Assembly: GCA_963840365.1 (NCBI GenBank)
Contig: CAWIYQ010000002.1
Span: forward strand, 78,777 to 142,776
Direction: 5' to 3'
Source: an uncultured Thermoleophilia bacterium
GTDB lineage: Bacteria; Actinomycetota; Thermoleophilia; Gaiellales; Gaiellaceae
DNA length: 64,000 nt
How positions within the stretch are numbered: the first letter of the stretch is position 1; every line of letters begins with the position of its first letter. The notes below the pieces were generated by a model that worked only from the letters and a program-made list of their open reading frames with translations, was not told the origin of the DNA and did no database searches. Made by a program: the position numbers and the translations under genes. Below, piece after piece: positions 33,094 through 44,540 of this stretch.

Positions 33094-34437
33094 GTGGGGG
33101 TGCCGGTCTACCGCGGCCCGTTCGGCAAGGCGCAGGCGGAGCGTCTGCTTTGGCGCGCCGGCTTCGGGCCGCGCCCGGGCGAGGCGGAGGCGCTGGCGAA
33201 GCTCGGCCTGCAGGGGGCCGTCCACCAGCTCACGAATCCCGGCTTCGAGAAGCTCGTCGGGCCGAAGCCGCACGACGACAAGGGGCACCCGCTCGCCCCG
33301 TACGACGCGTGGGGCCACGACCACTGCTGGTGGCTCGACCGCATGGTGCGCACGTCGCGGCCGCTCGTCGAGCGGATGACGCTCGTGTGGCACGACTGGT
33401 TCGCCACCTCGAACGACGGCGTCGGCAGCCAGAAGCTGATGCTCGAGCAGAACGACCTCTTCCGCAAGCACGCCCTTGCCTCGTTCCACGACCTGCTGCT
33501 CGACGTGACGGCGAACCCGGCGATGCTGCTCTGGCTCAACGGCACCGAGAACGAAAAGGGCGAGCCGAACGAGAACTACGGCCGCGAGATGATGGAGCTG
33601 TTCACGCTCGGCGCCGACCGCGGCGCGTACAGCGAGCAAGACGTGCGCGAGCAGGCGCGGGCGCTGACCGGCTGGACGAACCGCTGGTCGCGGGGGCGCG
33701 GCGACTACGACTTCCACTTCGACAAGACGCGCCACGACAGCGGCGGGAAGCGCGTCTTCGGCCGCACCGGGGAATTCGACTGGCGCGGCGCCTGCAAGCT
33801 CTGCCTCGAGAACCCGAAGCACGCCTCGTTCTTCGTCGCGAAGCTCTGGTCGTACTTCGTCCCGGTGCCGCCGAACGGCCAGACGCTGGCGGCGCTGGAG
33901 AAGCTCTACAAGAGCGACTACCAGGTGAAGCCGGTCGTCGCGGCGATCCTCACGCACCCGGCGCTGTATCTCGGGCCGCGGATGGTGAAGCCGCCGATCG
34001 TGCTCACCGCCGGCCTGCTCCGCCGGCTCAAGGCCGGCGTCACCACGACCGACTGGGCGTGGATCGGCCAGATCTCGGGCCAGCAGCTCTTCTACCCGCC
34101 GAACGTCGCGGGCTGGGACGACACGCGCTGGCTCGACACGGCGACCTTCCGGGGCCGCTTCATCGGCGTCCAGCGCATCGTCGGCGACAAGAAGCGCCAG
34201 CTCGACCCGAGCAAGGCGAAGGAGACCGCCACCGCCGAGGAGGTGCTCGCGAGGGCGCTCAAGTTCTGGGACGGGCCCGAGCTGAGCGAGGGGACGCACT
34301 ACCAGCTGTTGCACTTCGCGAAGCGCGCGATCGCCGATGCCGGCAAGGACGACGGCCGGCAGAAGCAGTACCCCGTGATGGTCGAGCAGGCCCTGCGCCA
34401 GCTGATCGCCGTGTCCCCCGACCTCCAGACCGCATGA
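33094..34437 (+). CDS. DUF1800 family protein
   Basis: AERLLWRAGFGPRPGE, HDHWF-like WHDWFATS, NENYGREMMELFTLG and YPPNVAGW are characteristic of DUF1800. GTG start is 33094 or 33100. Confidence 0.85.
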   Translation: MGVPVYRGPFGKAQAERLLWRAGFGPRPGEAEALAKLGLQGAVHQLTNPGFEKLVGPKPHDDKGHPLAPYDAWGHDHCWWLDRMVRTSRPLVERMTLVWHDWFATSNDGVGSQKLMLEQNDLFRKHALASFHDLLLDVTANPAMLLWLNGTENEKGEPNENYGREMMELFTLGADRGAYSEQDVREQARALTGWTNRWSRGRGDYDFHFDKTRHDSGGKRVFGRTGEFDWRGACKLCLENPKHASFFVAKLWSYFVPVPPNGQTLAALEKLYKSDYQVKPVVAAILTHPALYLGPRMVKPPIVLTAGLLRRLKAGVTTTDWAWIGQISGQQLFYPPNVAGWDDTRWLDTATFRGRFIGVQRIVGDKKRQLDPSKAKETATAEEVLARALKFWDGPELSEGTHYQLLHFAKRAIADAGKDDGRQKQYPVMVEQALRQLIAVSPDLQTA

Positions 34438-35804
34438 GCAACGTCAACAATCTCAACCGGATCGTCTGCGACGAGTGCACGCGCGCCGAGGCGCTGCGGG
34501 CGGTGGCCGGCCAGGGCCTCCCGGCGATCGAGCCCGGCATGCCCCTCCCGGCCGGCACGGGTCTCAGTCGCCGCAGCTTCGTCGCCAAGTCGCTCGGGCT
34601 CGCGCTCTCGGTCTACGGCGTCGGCCGCCTCGGCCTCTTCGACGAGGGGATCGCCGCGGCGGCTGCCGCGAAGCCGTCGGGGAAGATCCTCGTCAACGTC
34701 TTCATGGGCGGTGGCGCCGACGCGCTCTCGCTGCTCTATCCGGACGGCGACCCGCTCTACCGGCAGTTCCGCACCGACCTCGCGGTCGACGGCGGCACCG
34801 CCTTCACCGAGGACCCGCGGCTCTTCTGGCACCCGGCCCTCTCGCCGCTCGCGACGCTGCACGACGAGGGGAAGGTGACGGTCATGCCGTCGATCGGCTA
34901 CGACCATCCCGACCAGTCGCACTTCACCTCGCGCCACTACTGGGAGGTCGGCGCCACCGACCCCCATCTGCTCACCGGCTGGCTCGGGCGCTATCTCGAC
35001 GTGGTCGGGAACGCCGACAACCCGCTGCAGGGCCTCTCGATGACGGGCTCGCTGTCGCCGACGCTCGCCACCACCAAGGTGCCGGTGGCGGCGATCGACG
35101 GCCCGAGCCAGTACGACTTCTACGTCCCCGGCGTCTGGGGGACGGTCGAGTCGCGCATGCTCGACGCGATGGGCGCGCTCGGGACCGTGAGGTCGCAGGA
35201 CCCGTCGTTCAGGACCGCGGCACGCGTGACCGCCCAGTCGAGCACGCTCCGCCGCCAGCTGTTGCCCTTCGCGAAGCAGGGCGCCTCGACGCCGGCGATC
35301 CCGTACCCCACCGATGACTCGTTCCCGCAGCAACTGCAGGGCGTCGCCGCGATGATCGGCGCCGGCCTGCCGCTGCACTGTGTCGCGCTCGACGCGAGCG
35401 GCTCCTACGACACGCATGCCGACCAGGTGTCGGCGCTGACACCGGCCCTCACGACGACCGCCGCCTCGCTCTTCGCGTTCCAGCGCGATCTCGAGGCGAG
35501 GGGCGTCGCGGACCGCGTGCTCACCCTCGTCTGGAGCGAGTTCGGGCGCCGGGCGAAGGAGAACGGGTCCGGGACCGATCACGGCGCGGCCGGGACGGCG
35601 TTCCTGATCGGCACGCGCGCTGCCGGCCAGCAGGTCGGCGAGTACCTCGGGCTCGCGAACGGCCTCGACGACGACGGCAACCTCAAGCCGTCGGCCGACT
35701 TCCGCGGCGTCTACGCGGCGCTGCTCGAGCAGTGGCTCTCGTTCGACGCCTCCCGGATCATCCCGGAGGCGAAGAGCTTCAAGCGGCCGACCCTCGTCAA
35801 GTGA
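34434..35804 (+). CDS. DUF1501 family protein (Tat-exported, sulfatase/phosphatase-like)
   Basis: Twin-arginine-like SRRSFVAKSLGLA, GGADALS, DHPDQSHF, SYDTHA, SEFGRR...GTDHG. ATGA overlap with DUF1800. Confidence 0.9.
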   Translation: MSNVNNLNRIVCDECTRAEALRAVAGQGLPAIEPGMPLPAGTGLSRRSFVAKSLGLALSVYGVGRLGLFDEGIAAAAAAKPSGKILVNVFMGGGADALSLLYPDGDPLYRQFRTDLAVDGGTAFTEDPRLFWHPALSPLATLHDEGKVTVMPSIGYDHPDQSHFTSRHYWEVGATDPHLLTGWLGRYLDVVGNADNPLQGLSMTGSLSPTLATTKVPVAAIDGPSQYDFYVPGVWGTVESRMLDAMGALGTVRSQDPSFRTAARVTAQSSTLRRQLLPFAKQGASTPAIPYPTDDSFPQQLQGVAAMIGAGLPLHCVALDASGSYDTHADQVSALTPALTTTAASLFAFQRDLEARGVADRVLTLVWSEFGRRAKENGSGTDHGAAGTAFLIGTRAAGQQVGEYLGLANGLDDDGNLKPSADFRGVYAALLEQWLSFDASRIIPEAKSFKRPTLVK

Positions 35805-36154
35805 AGCTCCTGCTCGCGTCGCTCCTCGCGTCGACGAGCGTCGCGGTGGCTCACGCATCGACCCCCGCACCGGTCCGCGTGCAGGTGGTCGCGCATGAGT
35901 ACTCGTTCACCCTGTCGCGCCTCAAGGTGCACTCGGGGCATGCGCTGATCGAGCTCGACAACATGGGGCAGGACCCGCACGACCTGCGCGTGCAGCGCGC
36001 CGGCTCCAAGCGCATCGTCGGCCTCGGCGTGATCAAGCCGGGGTCGCGCGCCACGCTGTCGCTGAAGCTGTCGCCCGGGCGATACTCGTTCTGGTGCTCC
36101 GTCGCGAACCACCGCGCGCTGGGGATGCAGGCGACCGTGATCGTCACGCGCTGA
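35801..36154 (+). CDS. Secreted cupredoxin-fold protein (type-1 copper site pattern)
   Basis: Signal-like VKLLLASLLASTSVAVAHA. Ligand pattern ...DPHD... and C-x4-H-x4-M (FWCSVANHRALGM). GTGA overlap with DUF1501. Confidence 0.75.
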   Translation: MKLLLASLLASTSVAVAHASTPAPVRVQVVAHEYSFTLSRLKVHSGHALIELDNMGQDPHDLRVQRAGSKRIVGLGVIKPGSRATLSLKLSPGRYSFWCSVANHRALGMQATVIVTR

Positions 36155-36900
36155 GCTACGACGACGTCGGCGACCCGGCCGGCCTCCCCGTCGTGTACCT
36201 GCACGGCGGCGGCGACTCGCGCGTCTCCCGTCACCCGGACGACTCGATCGCCGCGTCGCTCGGCATCCGCCTGCTGGCACTCGACCGCAGTGGGCCTGGG
36301 GCACGGCGCCCGAGCCTGCGGGCCTGGGCGGAGGAGGTGCTGCCCCGGCTCCCGGTCGAGGAGTTTGCCGTCGTCGGCTGGTCGGCCGGAGGGCCGCATG
36401 CCCTCGCGCTCGCGGCCGTCGCGCCCGAACGCGTGCGGCGCGTCGCCGCCGTCGGCTCGCTGCCGCCGGCCGACCTGCTCCACCACGTCTCGAGCGACGT
36501 CAGGGCCGTGATGCGGCTCGCGCGCGTCTCGCCGGCGCTCGCCCGCTTCCCGCTCGAGCGCTGGGGTCGCCAGGCCGCCCCGCCGACCGGCAGCCCGGAG
36601 ACCGACGACGCGTACGCGCGCGGCCGAACCGACTCGTTCCGCGCCGGCGGGCTCTGGCTCGCCTACGAGCTCGCCTACCTGGCGCGGCCGTGGGGCTTCG
36701 AGCTGGCCGACGTGCGCGCTCCGGCGACCCTCTGGTTCGGGGAGCGCGACACGACCTGCCCGCCGGCGATCGCGCGCGAGCTCGAGCGGCGGCTGCCGGA
36801 CGCGACGATCCGGCTCGTCGACGACACCCACCAGCTCCTGTTCAGCCGCTGGCGCGAGATCCTGGCCGACGCGGTGCAAGCACCGCGAACTGGTCCGTGA
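36094..36900 (+). CDS. Alpha/beta hydrolase
   Basis: VVYLHGGG (oxyanion region) and nucleophile elbow GWSAGG. The start is uncertain (ATG 36094 overlaps the cupredoxin gene by 61 nt). Confidence 0.75.
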   Translation: MLRREPPRAGDAGDRDRHALSYDDVGDPAGLPVVYLHGGGDSRVSRHPDDSIAASLGIRLLALDRSGPGARRPSLRAWAEEVLPRLPVEEFAVVGWSAGGPHALALAAVAPERVRRVAAVGSLPPADLLHHVSSDVRAVMRLARVSPALARFPLERWGRQAAPPTGSPETDDAYARGRTDSFRAGGLWLAYELAYLARPWGFELADVRAPATLWFGERDTTCPPAIARELERRLPDATIRLVDDTHQLLFSRWREILADAVQAPRTGP

Positions 36901-37435
36901 CCTCGAGCTGCGCGGACGCAAACCGGAACAACGCGGCCGGCCGTCCACCGGCCCGGCCGGGCGCGCGCGTCCCCTCGACGCGCTCGAGCACGCCGCGCCG
37001 GACGAGCACCCGCTGCAGGTTCGTCGCGGCCACGTCGTGGCCGAGTGCGGCGACGTAGATCTCGCGCAGCTCGGACACGGTGAACGTGGCCGGGGCGAGC
37101 GCGAAGCCGATGTTCGTGTAGGAGAGCTTCGCCCGCAGCCGAGCCGTCGCCGCGGCAACGAGCTCGTCGCCGACGTCGACCGGCGTCCACGCTCCCCCGA
37201 CCTCGCGGTCGGTGGGCACGAGGCCGAGGTAGACGGTCGCGAGCGTCCCGTCCGCGAGGACGCGTGTCTCGAGCTGCTCGTGGTGCGCGAGCGCGGCGAC
37301 GTCGACCGCGCAGGCAAGGGCGTCTTCGAGCGACTCGCCGCGGCGTAGGTCGACGCGGCTCGTCAGCGACTCGAGCCGCCGCTCGCGCACGCGCAGCACG
37401 ACGGCGACCACGGTGTGCCAAGTAAAATCGATCAC
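36842..37435 (-). CDS. NrtR-like regulator (degenerate Nudix-like N-domain plus winged-helix C-domain)
   Basis: C-terminal LSYTNIGFALAPATFTVSELREIYVAALGHDVAATNLQRVLVRRGVLE...GGRPAALFRF resembles the NrtR wHTH domain. GTG start. Confidence 0.55.
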   Translation of the reverse strand: MIDFTWHTVVAVVLRVRERRLESLTSRVDLRRGESLEDALACAVDVAALAHHEQLETRVLADGTLATVYLGLVPTDREVGGAWTPVDVGDELVAAATARLRAKLSYTNIGFALAPATFTVSELREIYVAALGHDVAATNLQRVLVRRGVLERVEGTRAPGRAGGRPAALFRFASAQLEVTDQFAVLAPRRPGSRASG

Positions 37436-37480
37436 CGGTTTTCGTCCCAGAGTCTAAAACCTCGGAGAGACCTCGAAGAC

Positions 37481-37864
37481 ATGGCGGAGCTGACGAGCGA
37501 GCAGATCGATCTGATGCGTGGCCGCGGCTTCGGCGTGGTCGCCACGCTCGACGGCCGAGGCGCCTTGCAATCGAGCATCGTCTGGGTCGACTCCGACGGA
37601 GAGCACGTCGTCTTCAACACGACGAACACGCGTGCGAAGGCGCGCCATCTCCGCGAGGACCCGCGCGTCAGCGTCACCGTCTTCGACGGCGACGACCCGT
37701 ACCGCTACTTCGAGGTCGAGGGGACGGCCGAGTTCGACGTCGAGGGCGCCGACGGGCATATCGACGAGCTCTCGCGCCGCTACGTCGGCGGGGACTTCAC
37801 CGGCCCGCGCGACCGTGTGATCGTGAGAGTGACCCCGCGGCGGATCTTCGACCATCTCGGATGA
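37481..37864 (+). CDS. PPOX-class (pyridoxamine 5'-phosphate oxidase-like) probable F420-dependent enzyme
   Basis: GFGVVATLDGRGALQSSIVWV...VVFNT...KARHLREDPRVSVTV... is a typical split-barrel PPOX pattern. Confidence 0.8.
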   Translation: MAELTSEQIDLMRGRGFGVVATLDGRGALQSSIVWVDSDGEHVVFNTTNTRAKARHLREDPRVSVTVFDGDDPYRYFEVEGTAEFDVEGADGHIDELSRRYVGGDFTGPRDRVIVRVTPRRIFDHLG

Positions 37865-38781
37865 GGCTCCCGCGCTCCTTCGGCGTGGTGTTCGTCGCGG
37901 TCGCGGCCGCCCTGTGGGGCCTCGACGCGTGGATTCGCGCCCCGCTCGCGCAGACGACGGCGGTTGCGACGATCGTCTTCGGCGAGCACCTCGTGCTCGT
38001 GCTGCTGACGCTGCCGTTCCTCGCCGGGGCGCTCGCCGCCGTCGTGCGGCTCGGCCCGCGTCACCTGCTGGCGGCCGTCGTGATCGGCGCCGGCTCGTCG
38101 GCGGTCGCGACGATCCTCTTCACGCAGGCCTTCGTCGACGGGCACGACTTCGTGACGCCCGTCGTGCTGCAGAAGGTGCAGCCGGTGATCGCAGTGGTGG
38201 CGGCGGGCGTGGTGCTCGGCGAGCGGCCCCGCGGGCGCTTCGCCTTCTACTTCGTGCCCGCGCTCGTCGGCGTCTGGCTGATGGGCGTGCCGCATCCGCT
38301 GCACCCGACCGTGCACGGGCTGAAGCCGACGCTGTACGCGCTCGCCGCGGCTGTCCTGTGGGCGCTCGGCACGGTGCTCGGCCGCTACCTGGCACGCGAC
38401 ATGCGCTTCGAGCACGTCGCCACGCTCCGCTTCGCGTTCGGGCTCCCGGCGAGCGCTCTCGCGCTGCTCGTCCTCGGTGCGCCCGCGTTCGCCTCGGTGC
38501 ACGACAGCTTCTGGATCGCCGTGCTCGCCGTGGTGACCGGGTTCCTTGCGCTCGGGCTCTACTACTACGGCCTGCACGTGACGCCGGCAGTCATCGCGAC
38601 GCTCGCCGAGCTCGCCTTCCCGGTGAGCGCGATCCTGGTCGGGTACTTCAAGTTCGGCCAGACGCTCACCGGCTGGCAGTGGGTGGGGGTCGGGCTCACG
38701 AGCCTCGTCGTCGTGCTGCTGCCGGCGCGCCCGGTCGAGGAGCTCGAGGTCGTGCCGGCGCCGGCTCCTGCCGCCGCGTAG
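37861..38781 (+). CDS. EamA/DMT-superfamily transporter
   Basis: Ten hydrophobic segments in a duplicated 5+5 arrangement. ATGA overlap with the upstream gene. Confidence 0.85.
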   Translation: MRLPRSFGVVFVAVAAALWGLDAWIRAPLAQTTAVATIVFGEHLVLVLLTLPFLAGALAAVVRLGPRHLLAAVVIGAGSSAVATILFTQAFVDGHDFVTPVVLQKVQPVIAVVAAGVVLGERPRGRFAFYFVPALVGVWLMGVPHPLHPTVHGLKPTLYALAAAVLWALGTVLGRYLARDMRFEHVATLRFAFGLPASALALLVLGAPAFASVHDSFWIAVLAVVTGFLALGLYYYGLHVTPAVIATLAELAFPVSAILVGYFKFGQTLTGWQWVGVGLTSLVVVLLPARPVEELEVVPAPAPAAA

Positions 38782-38784
38782 CTC

Positions 38785-39201
38785 TTACGTCTCGCCGGGG
38801 TCGCTCTCGGCCGCGAAGGCGCGCGCGACGTCGAGCGTCGAGAGCACGCCGACCGGCAGCCCCGAGTCCGCGGTGACGAGCAGGTGCTGCGACTGGTTCT
38901 CCTCCATCAGTCGCGCCGCGTCGACGAGCGTCGCCTCGGGCGTGACCGTGACGACGGGCGAGGCCGCGACGGCGCCGGCGTTCGCGTGCGTGCCGATGGC
39001 CGCAATCAAGTCGAGGTCGGAGACGACGCCCCAGGCGTGCAGCTGGTCGTCGTTGCCGAAGACGACGATCGCGTGGACACGATGCCGCGCCATCATCCGG
39101 GCGACGTCGCGGAGCGGGGTGACGGGCATGCAGGTGAGGACACCCGGTGTCATCGCCTCGCCGACAGTGCCGGTGCCGAGCTCGGGAACGGTGGTGCTCA
39201 T
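38785..39201 (-). CDS. CBS-domain pair protein
   Basis: VGEAMTPGVLTCMPVTPLRDVARMMARHRVHAIVV and VTVTPEATLVDAARLMEENQSQHLLV form two CBS motifs. Its ATG shares 1 nt with the malic enzyme stop (TGATG). Confidence 0.85.
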   Translation of the reverse strand: MSTTVPELGTGTVGEAMTPGVLTCMPVTPLRDVARMMARHRVHAIVVFGNDDQLHAWGVVSDLDLIAAIGTHANAGAVAASPVVTVTPEATLVDAARLMEENQSQHLLVTADSGLPVGVLSTLDVARAFAAESDPGET

Positions 39202-40619
39202 CACGGATGCACCTCCTCGGTCGTGGTGCGCGCGACCCCGGCGGCGACCGCCGCCTCGGCGACTGCCTTCGCGACGGCCGGCGCAACCGAGCGATCGAAG
39301 ACGCTCGGCACGATGTAGTCCGACGCGAGCTCCTCGTCGGGGATGACCGCGGCCAGCGCGTGGGCCGCCGCGACCTCCATCTCGCCGGTGATCGACCGCG
39401 CACGCACGTCGAGCGCGCCGCGGAAGACGCCGGGAAACGCGAGCACGTTGTTGATCTGGTTCGGGTAGTCGGAGCGGCCCGTCGCGATCACGGCCGCGAG
39501 GTCCTCGATCTCCTCGGGGTCGATCTCGGGACGCGGGTTCGCAAGGGCGAAGACGATCGGGTTCGGAGCCATCCGCTCGATGCCGGCGCGGCTGATCGCG
39601 CCCGGCACCGACAGGCCGATGAAGACGTCGGCGCCGGCGAGCGCCTCGTCGGCGCTGCCCGAGACGTTCTCGGGGTTCGTCAGCTCGGCGTACTCCTGCT
39701 TGGCCGGGTTGAGGCCTTCGCGTCCGCGATACAGCGCGCCGCCCTCGTCGCAGCCGACGATCACGCGCGCACCGGCGTGCAGCAGCGTCTTCGTCACGGC
39801 GGTGCCTGCGGCGCCGGCGCCGGTGGTGACGATCTTCACCTCGTCGAGCCGCTTCCCGACGACCTTGAGCGCGTTCAACAGTGCGGAGAGAACGACGATC
39901 GCGGTCCCGTGCTGGTCGTCGTGGAAGACCGGGATGTCGAGCTCCTCGCGCAGGCGCTCCTCGATCTCGAAGCAGCGTGGCGCCGAGATGTCCTCGAGGT
40001 TGATGCCGCCGAACCCGGGCGCGATCGCCTTGACGACGGCGACGATCTCGTCGGTCGATCGCACCGAGAGGCAGATCGGGAACGCATCGACCTCGCCGAA
40101 CTCCTTGAAGAGGATCGCCTTGCCCTCCATCACGGGCATCGCGGCCTCCGGGCCGATGTCGCCGAGGCCGAGCACGGCCGAGCCGTCGGTGACGACCGCC
40201 ACCAGATGCTGCTTGGCGGTCAGCGCCCACACCTTCTGCGGGTCGTCGGCGATCGCGCGCGAGACGCGCGCCACCCCGGGGGTGTAGGCCATTGAGAGGT
40301 CGTCGCGCGTCTTGATCGGCACGCGCGGCACCACCTCGATCTTGCCGCCCAGATGCATCAGGAACGTCCGGTCGGAGACGTGCATCACCTCGATGCCCGG
40401 CACGTTCCGCACGGCCGCGACGACCTGGTCGAGGTGATCCGCGTCGGTGGCGAGCACGGTCACGTCGCGCACCTTCGTCGTCCGCTCGACACGGACGATG
40501 TCGATCGCGCCGAGCGATGCTCCGGCCTCGCCGACCGCGGCCGCGAAGCGCGCGAAGGTGCCGGGACTGTCGTCGAGGCGGATGCGGATTGTGGCGCTGA
40601 ACGACGCGGAGATGTGCAT
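39201..40619 (-). CDS. NAD(P)-dependent malic enzyme with an N-terminal ACT domain
   Basis: ACT-like first ~75 aa, then LSMAYTPGVA, VAVVTDGSAVLGLGDIG, FGGINLEDI, VTTGAGAAGTA, NPRPEI, YPNQINNVLAFPG. Confidence 0.95.
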   Translation of the reverse strand: MHISASFSATIRIRLDDSPGTFARFAAAVGEAGASLGAIDIVRVERTTKVRDVTVLATDADHLDQVVAAVRNVPGIEVMHVSDRTFLMHLGGKIEVVPRVPIKTRDDLSMAYTPGVARVSRAIADDPQKVWALTAKQHLVAVVTDGSAVLGLGDIGPEAAMPVMEGKAILFKEFGEVDAFPICLSVRSTDEIVAVVKAIAPGFGGINLEDISAPRCFEIEERLREELDIPVFHDDQHGTAIVVLSALLNALKVVGKRLDEVKIVTTGAGAAGTAVTKTLLHAGARVIVGCDEGGALYRGREGLNPAKQEYAELTNPENVSGSADEALAGADVFIGLSVPGAISRAGIERMAPNPIVFALANPRPEIDPEEIEDLAAVIATGRSDYPNQINNVLAFPGVFRGALDVRARSITGEMEVAAAHALAAVIPDEELASDYIVPSVFDRSVAPAVAKAVAEAAVAAGVARTTTEEVHP

Positions 40620-40672
40620 ACCGGCAATGTACGGGCCTACGGCCCTGTCCTCATGAGGGAAAACTACGCCGG

Positions 40673-41551
40673 ATGACGCTGACGATCTGCGATGTGGGGC
40701 CGCGCGACGGGCTGCAGAACGAGGCCGTCGTGCTGGCGCCCGCCGCGCGCGCCGCGCTCGTCGGCGAGCTGGCGGCGGCCGGCGTGCCGCGGATCGAGGC
40801 GGTCTCGTTCGTCCGCGCCGACCGCGTGCCGCAGATGGCGGGCGCCGAGGAGGTGGTCGCCGCGGCGGAGCGCGGCTCGGCCGAGCTCGCCGGGCTCGTG
40901 CTCAACATGCACGGCTGGGAGCGGCTCGCCGCCACGACGGTCGACCGTGTCGACTGCACACTCGCCGCGACGGAGACGTTCAACCGGCGCAACGGCAACG
41001 CGTCGCTCGACGAGGCGGTCGAGCGCGTGAACGCGGTACTCGCCGCCGCCGACCGGCCGGCGACCGTCACGGTGTCTTGTGCATGGGGCTGTCCGTTCGA
41101 AGGCGAGGTCGACCCGGCGGCGGTCGCGGCGCTCTGCGAGCGGCTCGAAGGCCCGGGTGAGCTCGTCCTCGCCGACACGATCGGCGTCGCGACGCCGCTT
41201 CGCGTGCGTCGGCTCGTCGAGCGCGTGTCGATCCTCGGGCCGCCGATGGGGGCGCACCTGCACGACACGCGCCATACGGGCTACGGCTGCGCGTGGGCCG
41301 CCCTGGAGGCGGGCGCCTCGATCCTCGATGCGTCGGTGGGCGGGCTCGGCGGCTGCCCGTTCTCGCCGAACGCGACCGGGAACATCGCGACGGAGGATCT
41401 CGTCTGGCAGCTCGAGCGCGACGGGGTCTCGACCGGGATCGACGTCGACGCGCTGGTTGCGACCGCCCGCGGGCTCGAGCGGCTACTCGGTCACCGGCTG
41501 GACGGCGCGGTGCACCGCGCCGCCGACTGGCCGCCTGCCTACGACACGTAG
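40673..41551 (+). CDS. Hydroxymethylglutaryl-CoA lyase family protein
   Basis: [40 protein letters not shown]...GNIATEDL. Confidence 0.9.
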   Translation: MTLTICDVGPRDGLQNEAVVLAPAARAALVGELAAAGVPRIEAVSFVRADRVPQMAGAEEVVAAAERGSAELAGLVLNMHGWERLAATTVDRVDCTLAATETFNRRNGNASLDEAVERVNAVLAAADRPATVTVSCAWGCPFEGEVDPAAVAALCERLEGPGELVLADTIGVATPLRVRRLVERVSILGPPMGAHLHDTRHTGYGCAWAALEAGASILDASVGGLGGCPFSPNATGNIATEDLVWQLERDGVSTGIDVDALVATARGLERLLGHRLDGAVHRAADWPPAYDT

Positions 41552-42024
41552 ACGCGCACGGGGTTGCCGCGCAGCTTCGTCTCGCGCTCGAGGACGGCGC
41601 CGAGCCGTGCGGCGACGGAGATCGAGCGCGCGTTCTCGGGATGGATCAGGTGCACGACCCGCTCGGGGCCGAGCGGGCGCAGCGCAAGCGCGGCCTCGGT
41701 CGCGTAGCCGTGGCCCCAGTGCTCCTTGCGGATCGACCAGCCCAGCTCGAGCTCGTCGCCCCAGGGCAGTGCCCGTCGCACGAAGCCGACCCAGCCGACG
41801 ACGTCGTCGCCGGCGAGCGCGGTGTACATCCCGATCGTCCCGTCGTGCTGCGCGGCCCAGCGGTCGAGCAGCGCGGCCGCCTCTGGGCGCGTGTGCGCCC
41901 GGGGCACGATCAGGTACTGCGTCGCCTCGTCGTCGCCGAGGAACGTGGCGAAGAGATCGAGGTCTTCGTGGTGGACGGGCCGGTAGCGCAGCCGCGCACT
42001 CCGGAGCTCGTGGACGTCGGTCAC
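41539..42024 (-). CDS. GNAT-family N-acetyltransferase (RimJ/RimL-like)
   Basis: [14 protein letters not shown]..., [33 protein letters not shown]. Confidence 0.85.
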   Translation of the reverse strand: MTDVHELRSARLRYRPVHHEDLDLFATFLGDDEATQYLIVPRAHTRPEAAALLDRWAAQHDGTIGMYTALAGDDVVGWVGFVRRALPWGDELELGWSIRKEHWGHGYATEAALALRPLGPERVVHLIHPENARSISVAARLGAVLERETKLRGNPVRVYVS

Positions 42025-42113
42025 GGGCAGGGCGCGGAGTGGCTCTCGACGCGGTGGACGTCGTTCGGAACGAGGCCGATGAGCAGTGCGAGCATCGCGC
42101 CTACGCTACCTCG

Positions 42114-43973
<1,860 letters not shown>

Positions 43974-43976
43974 CCT

Positions 43977-44486
43977 CTAGCTCTGCACGACCTGCGTCTC
44001 TTCGACCTCGCGCTGCTCTGCTGCCGTCGGCGCGTCGGCAGCGACCGGATCGACCGGCTGCTCGACCACGACTGCGGCGGGCGCAGGCTCGGCGACCAGG
44101 CCGAGCGCGTAGCCGACGGCGAACGCGAGCACGCCGGCCCACGTGCCGACATCGCGCACGAGGTCGTCCACGCCGATGTCGCCGGACCACGCGAGGACAT
44201 GGTTACGCGTCCACGACGCGTCGGGCTGGAGCGCGAGGAGCACCCAGCCTGCCACGACGAGGACGGGCAGAAACACGAACGCGAAAAACGCGCGCGGGTC
44301 ACCGGCCCGCCCGCGGAGCTGCGCGAGCCCGACCGCGAGCCCGGCCGCGCCGACGAGCAGGATTGCCTCCCAGTAGCCGGTGTTCGAGTCGCGCGCCGGC
44401 CGGGCGGCGACCCAGAGCAGGCACCCTGCCGCGCCCATCGCCACCAGCGTCATCGTGGCGCGTGTCCAACCTCGGGCATACGTCAT
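43977..44486 (-). CDS. Hypothetical membrane protein (4 TM)
   Basis: Strong RBS AAGGAGG 7 nt before ATG 44486. Hydrophobic segments and an acidic Pro/Ala tail. Confidence 0.6.
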   Translation of the reverse strand: MTYARGWTRATMTLVAMGAAGCLLWVAARPARDSNTGYWEAILLVGAAGLAVGLAQLRGRAGDPRAFFAFVFLPVLVVAGWVLLALQPDASWTRNHVLAWSGDIGVDDLVRDVGTWAGVLAFAVGYALGLVAEPAPAAVVVEQPVDPVAADAPTAAEQREVEETQVVQS

Positions 44487-44540
44487 TCGTCGACCTCCTT
44501 TTGCAGGAGAACGCACGAGCGGGCGCTAGAGTCACGCTCG

